In this document: positions 18,824 through 26,404 of the stretch, one piece after another
How the letters are laid out: the number at the start of each line of letters is the position of its first letter
Numbering within the stretch: the first letter of the stretch is position 1
IMG/VR virus record: IMGVR_UViG_3300044655_000391
DNA: 64,000 bases
Origin: an uncultured virus (IMG/VR IMGVR_UViG_3300044655_000391)
Lineage: Duplodnaviria > Heunggongvirae > Uroviricota > Caudoviricetes
Reading direction: 5' to 3' (one strand)
Translations under genes and position numbers: made by a program
Notes under the pieces: generated by a model
What the model was told of the DNA's origin: nothing
The model's database searches: none
Seen by the model: only the letters and a program-made list of their open reading frames with translations

Positions 18824-18997
18824 TTAGTCATCACCTTCCTCCTCTACATCATCTATTGTAAAATTATTGCTATCACAAGGCTCTAAATCACCTTGCATCA
18901 TGTCATAAAACTTTTCAATAGCTTCATCTCTCGTTTCAGCTTCAATTTCTTCTTCATAAAACACTTGCTCACTTGCTTTAATAGTAAATCTAGGCAT
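18824..18997 (-). CDS. DpnD/PcfM-like small acidic protein (paralog)
   Basis: MPRFTIKASEQVFYEEEIEAETRDEAIEK. Confidence 0.6.
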   Translation of the reverse strand: MPRFTIKASEQVFYEEEIEAETRDEAIEKFYDMMQGDLEPCDSNNFTIDDVEEEGDD

Positions 18998-19208
18998 TTT
19001 TAACCTCCTCAATCTCTGCTTTATCAAATTCATATTCTTTTACTTCAAATCCCCACTTGCTTTCGGTGTTTATGTATTTTGCCATGTCCCAAAATGTTTC
19101 GTCATCTATTAGTTCTTTTACTCCTTCAATACTATTAGACTCAATTTCATATTCCACATGAACATATTCTTCTCTTAATTCAGGCACTATTACTTTAAAC
19201 TTTTTCAT
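18990..19208 (-). CDS. DpnD/PcfM-like small acidic protein (paralog)
   Basis: MKKFKVIV...YEIESNSIEGV. Confidence 0.55.
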   Translation of the reverse strand: MKKFKVIVPELREEYVHVEYEIESNSIEGVKELIDDETFWDMAKYINTESKWGFEVKEYEFDKAEIEEVKNA

Positions 19209-19398
19209 TCTCGATCTCCCTTATCTCAGTTTCATATGTATGAATAGTTTCATAATCACCCGCATCTTCATACTCAGGTTCATATGCGCCACTATCCATT
19301 AATTTAATAGCTTCATCTTGGCTTTCAGCATCAATGTAATATATTTCATTCTCTGTAAAAGCCACTTGTTTTGGTATGATAATTTCATATCTTTTCAT
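19195..19398 (-). CDS. DpnD/PcfM-like small acidic protein (paralog)
   Basis: MKRYEIII...YYIDAESQDEAIK. Confidence 0.6.
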   Translation of the reverse strand: MKRYEIIIPKQVAFTENEIYYIDAESQDEAIKLMDSGAYEPEYEDAGDYETIHTYETEIREIENEKV

Positions 19399-19562
19399 TG
19401 TTGGCTCTCCGCTATAAATGTTATATCTGCATCTCTGATATCAGAAGGCTCTAAATCGCTATATAAATCCCAAAACTTTTCACTAGCCTCATCACGATCT
19501 TGAGCCTCCACCATTGTTTTATACACATGAGTTTCCCTTGCTTCAATCAAAAACTTCTTCAT
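19395..19562 (-). CDS. DpnD/PcfM-like small acidic protein (paralog)
   Basis: Manual translation MKKFLIEARETHVYKTMVEAQDRDEASEKFWD. Confidence 0.6.
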   Translation of the reverse strand: MKKFLIEARETHVYKTMVEAQDRDEASEKFWDLYSDLEPSDIRDADITFIAESQQ

Positions 19563-19592
19563 AATTAACCCTTTCTAGTTAAGATTATCAAA

Positions 19593-19632
19593 TGATAATC
19601 AGATAGCACCCATAAGGCGCTATCGGGTATCA
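19593..19632 (-). promoter_or_regulatory. Long intergenic hairpin (RNase III-like site), copy 4
   Basis: UGAUA..GAUAGCGCC-UUAU-GGGUGCUAUC..UAUCA. Confidence 0.55.
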
Positions 19633-19633
19633 C

Positions 19634-19900
19634 TCAAATAGCGGGTATAACTCCTAGCCTATCATCAGAAGTATATAGCGCACCACCATTGTTGCCTTCG
19701 TCATCACTCTGCGGAATTATCCATGAGCCATCAGTAAAATCAATAATGACAGGCTTTTTATACCACATAAAGTCCTCCATCTCTTTATGGTTCATGTATC
19801 TAACTGATTTAATAGTCTTGCCTACTAAGAAATCACTAACCTTTCTATTCCATACATCAGCAATCTCTAATTCGTATTTTTGTTTCTCTTTTGGTGTCAT
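19634..19900 (-). CDS. Phage hypothetical protein (DDEGNNGGAL motif)
   Basis: ORF track; GAGGAGG RBS. Confidence 0.7.
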   Translation of the reverse strand: MTPKEKQKYELEIADVWNRKVSDFLVGKTIKSVRYMNHKEMEDFMWYKKPVIIDFTDGSWIIPQSDDEGNNGGALYTSDDRLGVIPAI

Positions 19901-20076
19901 CTTACTTCCTCCTCAATACAAGCCTTATAAAATTTTTCTACATCTTCATCAGATTGATTAGCCCAACCCGCCCAACCATCTCTCATAATCAATTCTATGT
20001 CATCACGATCTGCACCATATATAACCCAATCAGTTTCGTATTTAACACAAGCCTCTCTCTTTTCATCTATTGTCAT
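19897..20076 (-). CDS. Small acidic hypothetical protein
   Basis: Start at MTIDEK after GGAGG. Confidence 0.65.
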   Translation of the reverse strand: MTIDEKREACVKYETDWVIYGADRDDIELIMRDGWAGWANQSDEDVEKFYKACIEEEVR

Positions 20077-20248
20077 ACTGCCTCCCATTTTCTGATCTGT
20101 TCTAATAAATCCTCTGCCAACTCATATCTGCCCTCGTAAATCAAATCGCTTCCGTCTGTGAGTCCACCATTATTTAAGGTGTCATCAGCGTCTTTTGAAG
20201 CATTGATAAGATAATCTTTCACTAACCTAATAATTGCCTCATGCTTAT

Positions 20249-20485
20249 TCATACTGCCTCCTTATAAAATTGCCTCTCTGAGTCTATGATATCAAAATAC
20301 TCAGGGTCATAAGAGATATGTTCTATTGTTTCAGGGAAGTCCTCTACACTACATACATCAATAATGTTTAGGCTTTTACGCTCTACATTCTTGCGTAAAT
20401 CTGCCTCGTCTTCCGCCTCAACCCACATAACCACTCTCTGCCATATGGATACTTGCTCATCTATTTCAATTTTGAATTGTTTCAT
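20249..20485 (-). CDS. DpnD/PcfM-like small acidic protein (paralog)
   Basis: MKQFKIEIDEQVSIWQRVVMWVEAEDE. Confidence 0.55.
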   Translation of the reverse strand: MKQFKIEIDEQVSIWQRVVMWVEAEDEADLRKNVERKSLNIIDVCSVEDFPETIEHISYDPEYFDIIDSERQFYKEAV

Positions 20486-20646
20486 ATTGCCCCCTCTGTT
20501 TGTTTAACATCACTATGTTGTTTGCGCCAAGCCTTGACCAATGAATAACGCATGGCCTCTCTTAAAGTTCTTGGTGTCTGCCATTGATAGTAATTATATT
20601 TAAAAAAATGCTTTGCTTTGTCTTGATCTGTTTTCATGCTTCCCCC

Positions 20647-21006
20647 TTAAAAAGTAGCCTCTATAAATCTTTCAACATTCAAATAATACTGATAATCATT
20701 CCTACAATCCACTTCAACATCATCATAATCATCACCTATCCTTACAAATTCAACCGCCAATTCCTTTTTCTCTGCTAAATCCATAAGATCATGCCATGCT
20801 TTTACTTCTTTATATGTTGGATACCACTTCCAATCATTCCCATTCAAATAGATAAAATCATAGTCAGCGCTACCCAAATACTTGAGAGAGCCATCATTGA
20901 ATTCATCATCTAATATCTTAATTAAATCTGCATTTTCTTGTTTAAACTTATCCATGATCTCTTTCTTTTCATAGATAATACTTGCTACTTGGCTTCTGTA
21001 TCCCAT
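20647..21006 (-). CDS. Phage early protein (MGYRS...WKWY...FVRIGDD)
   Basis: ORF track; AAGGGG RBS. Confidence 0.75.
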   Translation of the reverse strand: MGYRSQVASIIYEKKEIMDKFKQENADLIKILDDEFNDGSLKYLGSADYDFIYLNGNDWKWYPTYKEVKAWHDLMDLAEKKELAVEFVRIGDDYDDVEVDCRNDYQYYLNVERFIEATF

Positions 21007-21019
21007 TATTTTTCCCCTT

Positions 21020-21466
21020 TTACCATGATGATGAATAATAAAAATCCCATTGATCTAAATCTTGACCTAATAAACTCTCAAATACAGGGATTGTGGCCTT
21101 AATGTCTTGATAATACCATTCTTGATAATCGGTATCACCGAAGAAAAATCCATCTGCCGTTGGCAATAGATCGTCTGCCAATGAATGATTTTGATCTACT
21201 CGGTTCAAGATATCTAATAATTCCTGTAATTGCGCTCTTGATACATAGTATTCCTTGCAATTATCCTCGCCACCTTGCACATTGATAACGAACCAATTAT
21301 GAATTGCATTAGCCTTGCGCCAATACATAGCCTCTCTTGATATCTCTTTAGTTCTGCCTATGCTATTTGCACCTATTTCAGCGTCAATCTTTTTTGCTAA
21401 GGCTTGATCGTGTTCATTAAAACTCCACAAATAACGCTTAGCTGATAAATACATATCTAAACCCAT
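21020..21466 (-). CDS. Phage protein (MGLDMYL...YWRKANAIH...YYSSSW)
   Basis: Recognisable phage hypothetical motif; AAGGGGAG RBS. Confidence 0.8.
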   Translation of the reverse strand: MGLDMYLSAKRYLWSFNEHDQALAKKIDAEIGANSIGRTKEISREAMYWRKANAIHNWFVINVQGGEDNCKEYYVSRAQLQELLDILNRVDQNHSLADDLLPTADGFFFGDTDYQEWYYQDIKATIPVFESLLGQDLDQWDFYYSSSW

Positions 21467-21542
21467 GATGCTCCCCTTTTCTAGTTAATAAAACATAAAA
21501 CCGCCTCATGCTAAGTAATGACGCAAACTTTTATATGCGCCC

Positions 21543-21707
21543 TTACTTATCCCATAAAGCGATAATCTCACCTGATTTAATCAAATCAGCAACCCACAGG
21601 CCAAAGTCTGTTGATTTATAAAAGGCATTAAAGCCCTTATCCTCGTGCCTGAATTTCTGAAAACGATCAACCAAGTCATAGTAATAAACTTGCTCTAATT
21701 TTTCCAT
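21543..21707 (-). CDS. Hypothetical protein (MEKLEQVYY...)
   Basis: GAAAGGG RBS before ATG 21707. Confidence 0.6.
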   Translation of the reverse strand: MEKLEQVYYYDLVDRFQKFRHEDKGFNAFYKSTDFGLWVADLIKSGEIIALWDK

Positions 21708-21724
21708 ATAACCCTTTCTATTGG

Positions 21725-21777
21725 CCAAAAATAGCCCCTTAAAGCCCCGTTAAAGAGGCTTTAAAAGATATTTCTAG
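21725..21777 (-). promoter_or_regulatory. Long intergenic hairpin (RNase III-like site), copy 3
   Basis: CUAGAAAUA-UCUUUUAAAGCCUC-UUUAAC-GGGGCUUUAAGGGG-C-UAUUUUUGG. Confidence 0.6.
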
Positions 21778-22292
21778 TGATAGCTATCAATCATTCCCTT
21801 TGCTTCGTTAATAACCTCGTCTGTATCGCCTAAATAGCCAAATTGGCTGTCTATAACCTCGCCTGATTTATCTAAGATCATAGCGCCATAAGTTTCACCT
21901 TTTAAATAATGGTCATAAACTTTGATCTCATGCGCCAATAGATCATAAGGCTTTTTAATGCCCTCTGCCTCTGCTAATTCTTTAGTGATATAGATAAAGC
22001 CTATTTGTCCGCTATCGAAGCGACATTGAAAAGGTGTTGCGGATATTGTGATATTCCCATGCTCATACATATAGAGCGGTAAATAATAAATTTTGTCTTG
22101 ATTGGCCTCAATCCAATCTATAAGTTCCTGAGGCTCTGAAAAGCTATGCGCCTCACCTAAGTTATAGCGCTTGTGAAAGCAATTAATCACTCCCAAATTA
22201 TCCCATGAAGTTCTCGGATTATCGGGGAAGGTGTCATAGCATAATTGTATTTGATAATTCTTATATTCTATTGTTTCAATAATGTCATTCAT
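21774..22292 (-). CDS. Phage protein (NPR.WDNLG...PLYMYEHG...DSGQIG)
   Basis: ORF track; start MNDIIET after GAGAGGG. Confidence 0.75.
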   Translation of the reverse strand: MNDIIETIEYKNYQIQLCYDTFPDNPRTSWDNLGVINCFHKRYNLGEAHSFSEPQELIDWIEANQDKIYYLPLYMYEHGNITISATPFQCRFDSGQIGFIYITKELAEAEGIKKPYDLLAHEIKVYDHYLKGETYGAMILDKSGEVIDSQFGYLGDTDEVINEAKGMIDSYH

Positions 22293-22623
22293 GTTAAGCC
22301 CTCTCATCATTAGTTAATACTTTATAATTTTTACGATAATCAGGCTCAATAAAAATGATCTCGCCATTTTCATCTCGTATTTCATGCCCAAAATCATTTA
22401 ATAAAATTCCGCTTTCTGATATATAGTCCATGTTATTCCCCTTCCCTAGATTTTAAAATGTCTTTTATTAATTCCGCCTCATGCTCGGTAATGTTAAGCC
22501 AATTCGTATTTCCGCTTTCTGCATGAATTTTCAGGCTTAAAGCCTCGCCCTTAGTGTTGAATATCTTGTTGAATTGCTGGTCGATATAATCCATAAAGAA
22601 CCCCTTCAAAAGTTTATAAATTG

Positions 22624-22679
22624 GCCTAATTTAAGCCCCTAAGCGCCCTAAGATAAGGCGCTTAAAGATTAAACTAGGC
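22624..22679 (-). promoter_or_regulatory. Long intergenic hairpin (RNase III-like site), copy 2
   Basis: GCCUAGUUUAA-UCUUUAAGCGCCUU-loop-AGGGCGCUUAGGGG-C-UUAAAUUAGGC. Confidence 0.6.
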
Positions 22680-23066
22680 GCATATAGCTTCTTTTTGCTT
22701 CTTAAATAAAGCATAAGCATACCAAGCGCTAGGCAATTCTGCGCCTTCAATCTCTGCTTGTTCTACTATATAATCAGCGTCATCTGAATTAATGTCATTC
22801 GGGTCATTTTCGATAATTAGATCATCAATAAAACCTTCTAAGCCTGAATAGCTTGTTGTATGATAAAGCGCCAATTTATCGCCATTAAATAAAGCGACTT
22901 GATAATCATCATTCGTTAGGAATACATAACCGCTAGAAGCGTTAAAAGCAACCCTAACTCCCTGATCATTAAAATTTTCGGGTAATTCTGCCTTTAATAA
23001 TTCACTCGCTAGGTGTCTTTCACGATAACCAAAATCCCCTAAATTTTCTGTGTAATAGTTTTCCAT
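22674..23066 (-). CDS. Acidic hypothetical protein (MENYYTENLG...)
   Basis: AAGGGG RBS before ATG 23066. Confidence 0.7.
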   Translation of the reverse strand: MENYYTENLGDFGYRERHLASELLKAELPENFNDQGVRVAFNASSGYVFLTNDDYQVALFNGDKLALYHTTSYSGLEGFIDDLIIENDPNDINSDDADYIVEQAEIEGAELPSAWYAYALFKKQKEAICA

Positions 23067-23417
23067 TATTTTCCCCTTTTCGTTGTTTGTTTTTTCATTT
23101 TTAATACTACCTCGCAAGCCTGAAGCCTTAGATTTTCATCATCAGAGTTGAGGAAGCCCCCAAGCGTGTTTAATGCTTTTCTCATGTTCCGAAGTTCCCA
23201 TTCAGGCCTAGCGGATAGATTAACGATATATTCTTGAAGTGTCATAATTAAGCCCCTTTTTTAAGTAATGATATGCTTAATAAAGCATGATGATCGAAAG
23301 CCCTAGCGTCTTTATAGCTAGTATCAAAAAGCCTATTAATAGCCATAACCTCATTTTTAGCTAAAACATAAGTTTTATATTGTTTATTGTCTTTAATATA
23401 TAAAGCCCGATATTTAT

Positions 23418-23609
23418 TCATTTTGAGGCCTCAGCGATCAAAGAGGCCAAGCGCTCAGCGAACCATTCATTAAGCAAGGTTAAAGCGTCTTTTTCTGTTA
23501 TGTTAAATTCTGAAACGATCATATCAGCGCTTACAATAAGCCCCTCATAATGCGCCTTGTCTATCGTTCTGAATATCCAATCCCTTTTAAAAATAGCCTG
23601 TTCATTCAT
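23418..23609 (-). CDS. Hypothetical protein
   Basis: AAGGGG RBS. Confidence 0.6.
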   Translation of the reverse strand: MNEQAIFKRDWIFRTIDKAHYEGLIVSADMIVSEFNITEKDALTLLNEWFAERLASLIAEASK

Positions 23610-23900
23610 AAGAAGCCCCTTTGATAGCTAGAAAAGCATAAGCCCCCGCCACAGAAAAGCATAATAGCGAAGCGATAAAGCCGATATATTGAAACATGAA
23701 TAGGCCTAATAAGGCCATAAAGAAGCATTCTAAAGCCCTGATTAATTCATACATAATTAAGCCCTTTCAATTCTAGTGATCGCATGAATAATGCGGGTAA
23801 TTCTTGCTAGATATGAGGCATAAGCACAAGCCTCGTTTAAACTCTCGAACCTGAAATTATTGCATTCATACATAATGAAGTCCCTTTCATTAGTTAATAA

Positions 23901-23962
23901 GGCTTAAATTAAGCCCTAAAGCCCCCTAGAAGCTAAGAGGCTTTAAGAATAATTTAATAGCC
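23901..23962 (-). promoter_or_regulatory. Long intergenic hairpin (RNase III-like site), copy 1
   Basis: GGCUAUUAAAUUA-UUCUUAAAGCCUCUUAG-CUU-CUAGGGGGCUUUAGGG-CU-UAAUUUAAGCC. Confidence 0.6.
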
Positions 23963-24130
23963 CTCGCTATAATCCTCAAGGCTTGACACTAGCCCGTCAA
24001 AATCCTCAACGCTTCCAAGTAAAGAAGCAAGGGAAAAAACGATATCCTTTTCAATTCCCATATCAAGCGCCAAGTTTTCCAAATAGTCTTTTCTATTCTT
24101 ATAACCATTCATAGTGTAAACATTATCCAT
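23954..24130 (-). CDS. First gene of the early region, small acidic protein
   Basis: Manual translation MDNVYTMNGYKNRKDYLENLALDMG...LLGSVEDFDGLVSSLED; GAGAGGG RBS. Confidence 0.7.
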   Translation of the reverse strand: MDNVYTMNGYKNRKDYLENLALDMGIEKDIVFSLASLLGSVEDFDGLVSSLEDYSEGY

Positions 24131-24187
24131 TTTTAAGCCCTCTCATATTGTTATTGATATAACAGGCCTCGAAGCCCGTTAAAAAGT

Positions 24188-24216
24188 ATTAGATCAAAGA
24201 TTATAAAAGAATGCAA
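24188..24216 (-). promoter_or_regulatory. Candidate early promoter
   Basis: TTGCAT-17 bp-TCTAAT with extended TG, followed by hairpin AACGGGC-TTCGAG-GCCTGTT. Confidence 0.45.
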
Positions 24217-24483
24217 GTTATTTCATCAATTATTTTTACTGACTCAATCCGCCCCAATAAAGCGCATGGATAGCGAAGCGAAATAGCCCCGCCTATGTTC
24301 AGATAGCAGTAGAGCGTATAGGGAAAGCATAAGACAGAATAGCAGAATAGGTTAATAGGATAACCTTACCCGATAACAGATCGTTTGTTATAGAGCGTTT
24401 CTGAAGGTCAAAAAGATAGTAATATATAACAAAACAATATATAATGGCCTTTTATCATTCGTTCCTGTTATATACCCATTATC

Positions 24484-25413
24484 ATGAAGCTAACCCGAAA
24501 GCAAATAAAAGAAGGCCTCGAAGCCACACCGATTGACACGCTTCTACTCGGAAGCCCTAAGACCCTGACCCATAAACAAAAAGCCTTTGCTGAAGCATTA
24601 GCACTCACAGGCAATAAAGCAGAGGCCTATCGAAGCGCCTACGATACCAAGTCAAGCCCTAAGATACAGAGCCAAGAAGGCCAAGCCCTCGCAAAAAACC
24701 CCGTTATCGCCATGCAAGTCGAGGCCATAAAGCTATCTATTGAGGCGCAGAAATATCTTTTACCCGCTCATTTAAGGGCGCTCACTATCCAAAAGCTAAC
24801 AGAAAAGGCACTCGACCCTGATGTTAATCACGCTCAGCAGATCAAAGCGCTTGAATTACTCGGTAAGATAACAGAAGTCGCTCTATTCTCAGAGCGTAAA
24901 GAGATCATTACCACCGATACAAGCGCAACCGCTAAAGACAGGCTCATACAATCTCTAGCCCAAGCGATCAGATCAAGCGCTCATATTTCTATGGATAAGA
25001 AACGGGAAGCAGACGATCTACTGGCCGAGATAACAGGCGGTTCACTAGCGAACCCTGACCCCGATACTATAGATCAGGCCTCAGAGGATAACAACGGGCA
25101 AGATGACAAGGCCGAAGGATATCTTCAAAGCGAACCTGAGGCGGAAGAGATTGAAAACGGCTCGACCCCACCCGACCCGACCCCCCAAATTGTAGAAAAT
25201 TTTGGTGATCCCACTACGCATACTATTCCAGACAAACAATCCGCACCCATATCCGAAACACCCCCCTTGTCCGTTCCAAACACAGAGGGGGAGGGGGTAT
25301 CTAATTTTTGGGATGACATTGAGAAGTCCCACACAGAAACACCCCCCATTAGTTCTTCTGGGTCCCCTACACCCCCAGTAGATACTTCTAACCAAAATTG
25401 GAGGGAAGTATGA
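24484..25413 (+). CDS. terS: Terminase small subunit with long acidic/Pro-rich C-terminal tail
   Basis: LTHKQKAFA...AEAYRSAY...IKALELLGK; upstream of large terminase. Confidence 0.8.
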   Translation: MKLTRKQIKEGLEATPIDTLLLGSPKTLTHKQKAFAEALALTGNKAEAYRSAYDTKSSPKIQSQEGQALAKNPVIAMQVEAIKLSIEAQKYLLPAHLRALTIQKLTEKALDPDVNHAQQIKALELLGKITEVALFSERKEIITTDTSATAKDRLIQSLAQAIRSSAHISMDKKREADDLLAEITGGSLANPDPDTIDQASEDNNGQDDKAEGYLQSEPEAEEIENGSTPPDPTPQIVENFGDPTTHTIPDKQSAPISETPPLSVPNTEGEGVSNFWDDIEKSHTETPPISSSGSPTPPVDTSNQNWREV

Positions 25414-25568
25414 GAGTAATGATTGTTATTGGATTACTGTCCTTATATGGATGTGCTCAGTTTGCTGCCTCTGTAGGAGGTACCTTTGTGGGTAATGTAG
25501 CCTCTGATAAGTTCTTAAAGGATACTGATAAGAAGCCTGCTAAGGTTATAGATAGGAGTAAGAAATGA
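25410..25568 (+). CDS. Small lipoprotein
   Basis: MRVMIVIGLLSLYGC: signal peptide with lipobox. Confidence 0.6.
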   Translation: MRVMIVIGLLSLYGCAQFAASVGGTFVGNVASDKFLKDTDKKPAKVIDRSKK

Positions 25569-25780
25569 ATAGGATAGATGTCTCTATGGTCTATACTCAT
25601 GTCATATGGTACTTTGTCTTCACTATCTACCTTAATACTGTTCTCTTTGCTCTTTATGCCATATGGACTGACCTAAAAGGGTTCAGGGCGGCCAAAGAAG
25701 ATTTCATTATGGCTTTACTAGTGTCTTTGTGGTGTGGCCTTGCATATGGATTATGGACAGCTACTGAGAGGTTTGCATGA
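25565..25780 (+). CDS. Two-TM membrane protein
   Basis: Two hydrophobic segments; AGGAG RBS. Confidence 0.6.
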   Translation: MNRIDVSMVYTHVIWYFVFTIYLNTVLFALYAIWTDLKGFRAAKEDFIMALLVSLWCGLAYGLWTATERFA

Positions 25781-26028
25781 AAGACTACGAAAAAGACTAC
25801 GAATACGAACTAGATAAGTCCACAGGTGAAGTGGTTAAGAGGTATATTAATATGATTAACAATGACAGGTTTAAAAAGGTTAAGGCACTAGACTACAGCC
25901 CAGAGTTTACTTACTGGTATGAACGGATATTTTGCCAAAGCCCAAGTTTATCCTCATTGGAGTATGACGATGAGAAGATGTGGGAAGCTTGGAAGGCAGC
26001 TAAAGAACTTGGAGTTAAGGACTTATAA
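25777..26028 (+). CDS. Hypothetical protein
   Basis: Coupled ORF; MWEAWKAA motif. Confidence 0.6.
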   Translation: MKDYEKDYEYELDKSTGEVVKRYINMINNDRFKKVKALDYSPEFTYWYERIFCQSPSLSSLEYDDEKMWEAWKAAKELGVKDL

Positions 26029-26030
26029 AC

Positions 26031-26255
26031 ATGACCCCAGCACAAAAAGAGATATTCTTAATCGTAGACGAGTTCTGGCGTAACTACGGCTTTGGTCCGA
26101 CTATAGATGATATTATGCGTCTAACGGGCGAAAGAGGTAGGGGGAATGTGGCCCGTAAGATGCAGATACTTATCGAGATAGGGGTTTGCAAAGGGGTGAA
26201 GGGCAGATCACGTTCGATTCGTCCAGCAGGGTTAAGGGTAAGAGACCTTGAATAA
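26031..26255 (+). CDS. LexA-type DNA-binding domain protein
   Basis: MTPAQKEIF...GFGPTIDDI...RSIR matches LexA N-terminal winged helix. Confidence 0.8.
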   Translation: MTPAQKEIFLIVDEFWRNYGFGPTIDDIMRLTGERGRGNVARKMQILIEIGVCKGVKGRSRSIRPAGLRVRDLE

Positions 26256-26404
26256 ATTTGAATTAGGAATAACTTATTTAATGAAGCCATGTGCTAAACG
26301 CTTCACAATGGTGCGTGGAATATTTCATAAGCCTATAAAGGTCATGAATAGTAATTCTTATTGGTATGCCAAATATAAACGATTACAAGCTAGGTTTGAA
26401 ATAA

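Larger units (their letters stand above)
17567..24130 (-). other. Early/host-takeover region: about 25 tightly coupled small, mostly acidic ORFs
   Basis: All on minus strand with G-rich RBSs (AAGGGG, GAGAGGG, GAAAGGG); includes unlisted ORFs 18673-18831, 19395-19562, 20073-20252, 20482-20637, 22433-22594. Confidence 0.75.

Noticed and set aside
21501..22493. Repeat CCGCCTCATGCT..GTAATG at ~21501 and ~22474
   Set aside because: Only two copies, one inside a coding ORF (22433-22594); chance or a gene remnant, and not a CRISPR array
22631..22645. TTAAGCCCCTAAGCG resembling the pistol ribozyme core
   Set aside because: No upstream hairpin with a complementary GGG loop, and it lies antisense to transcription; better explained as one arm of the long hairpin
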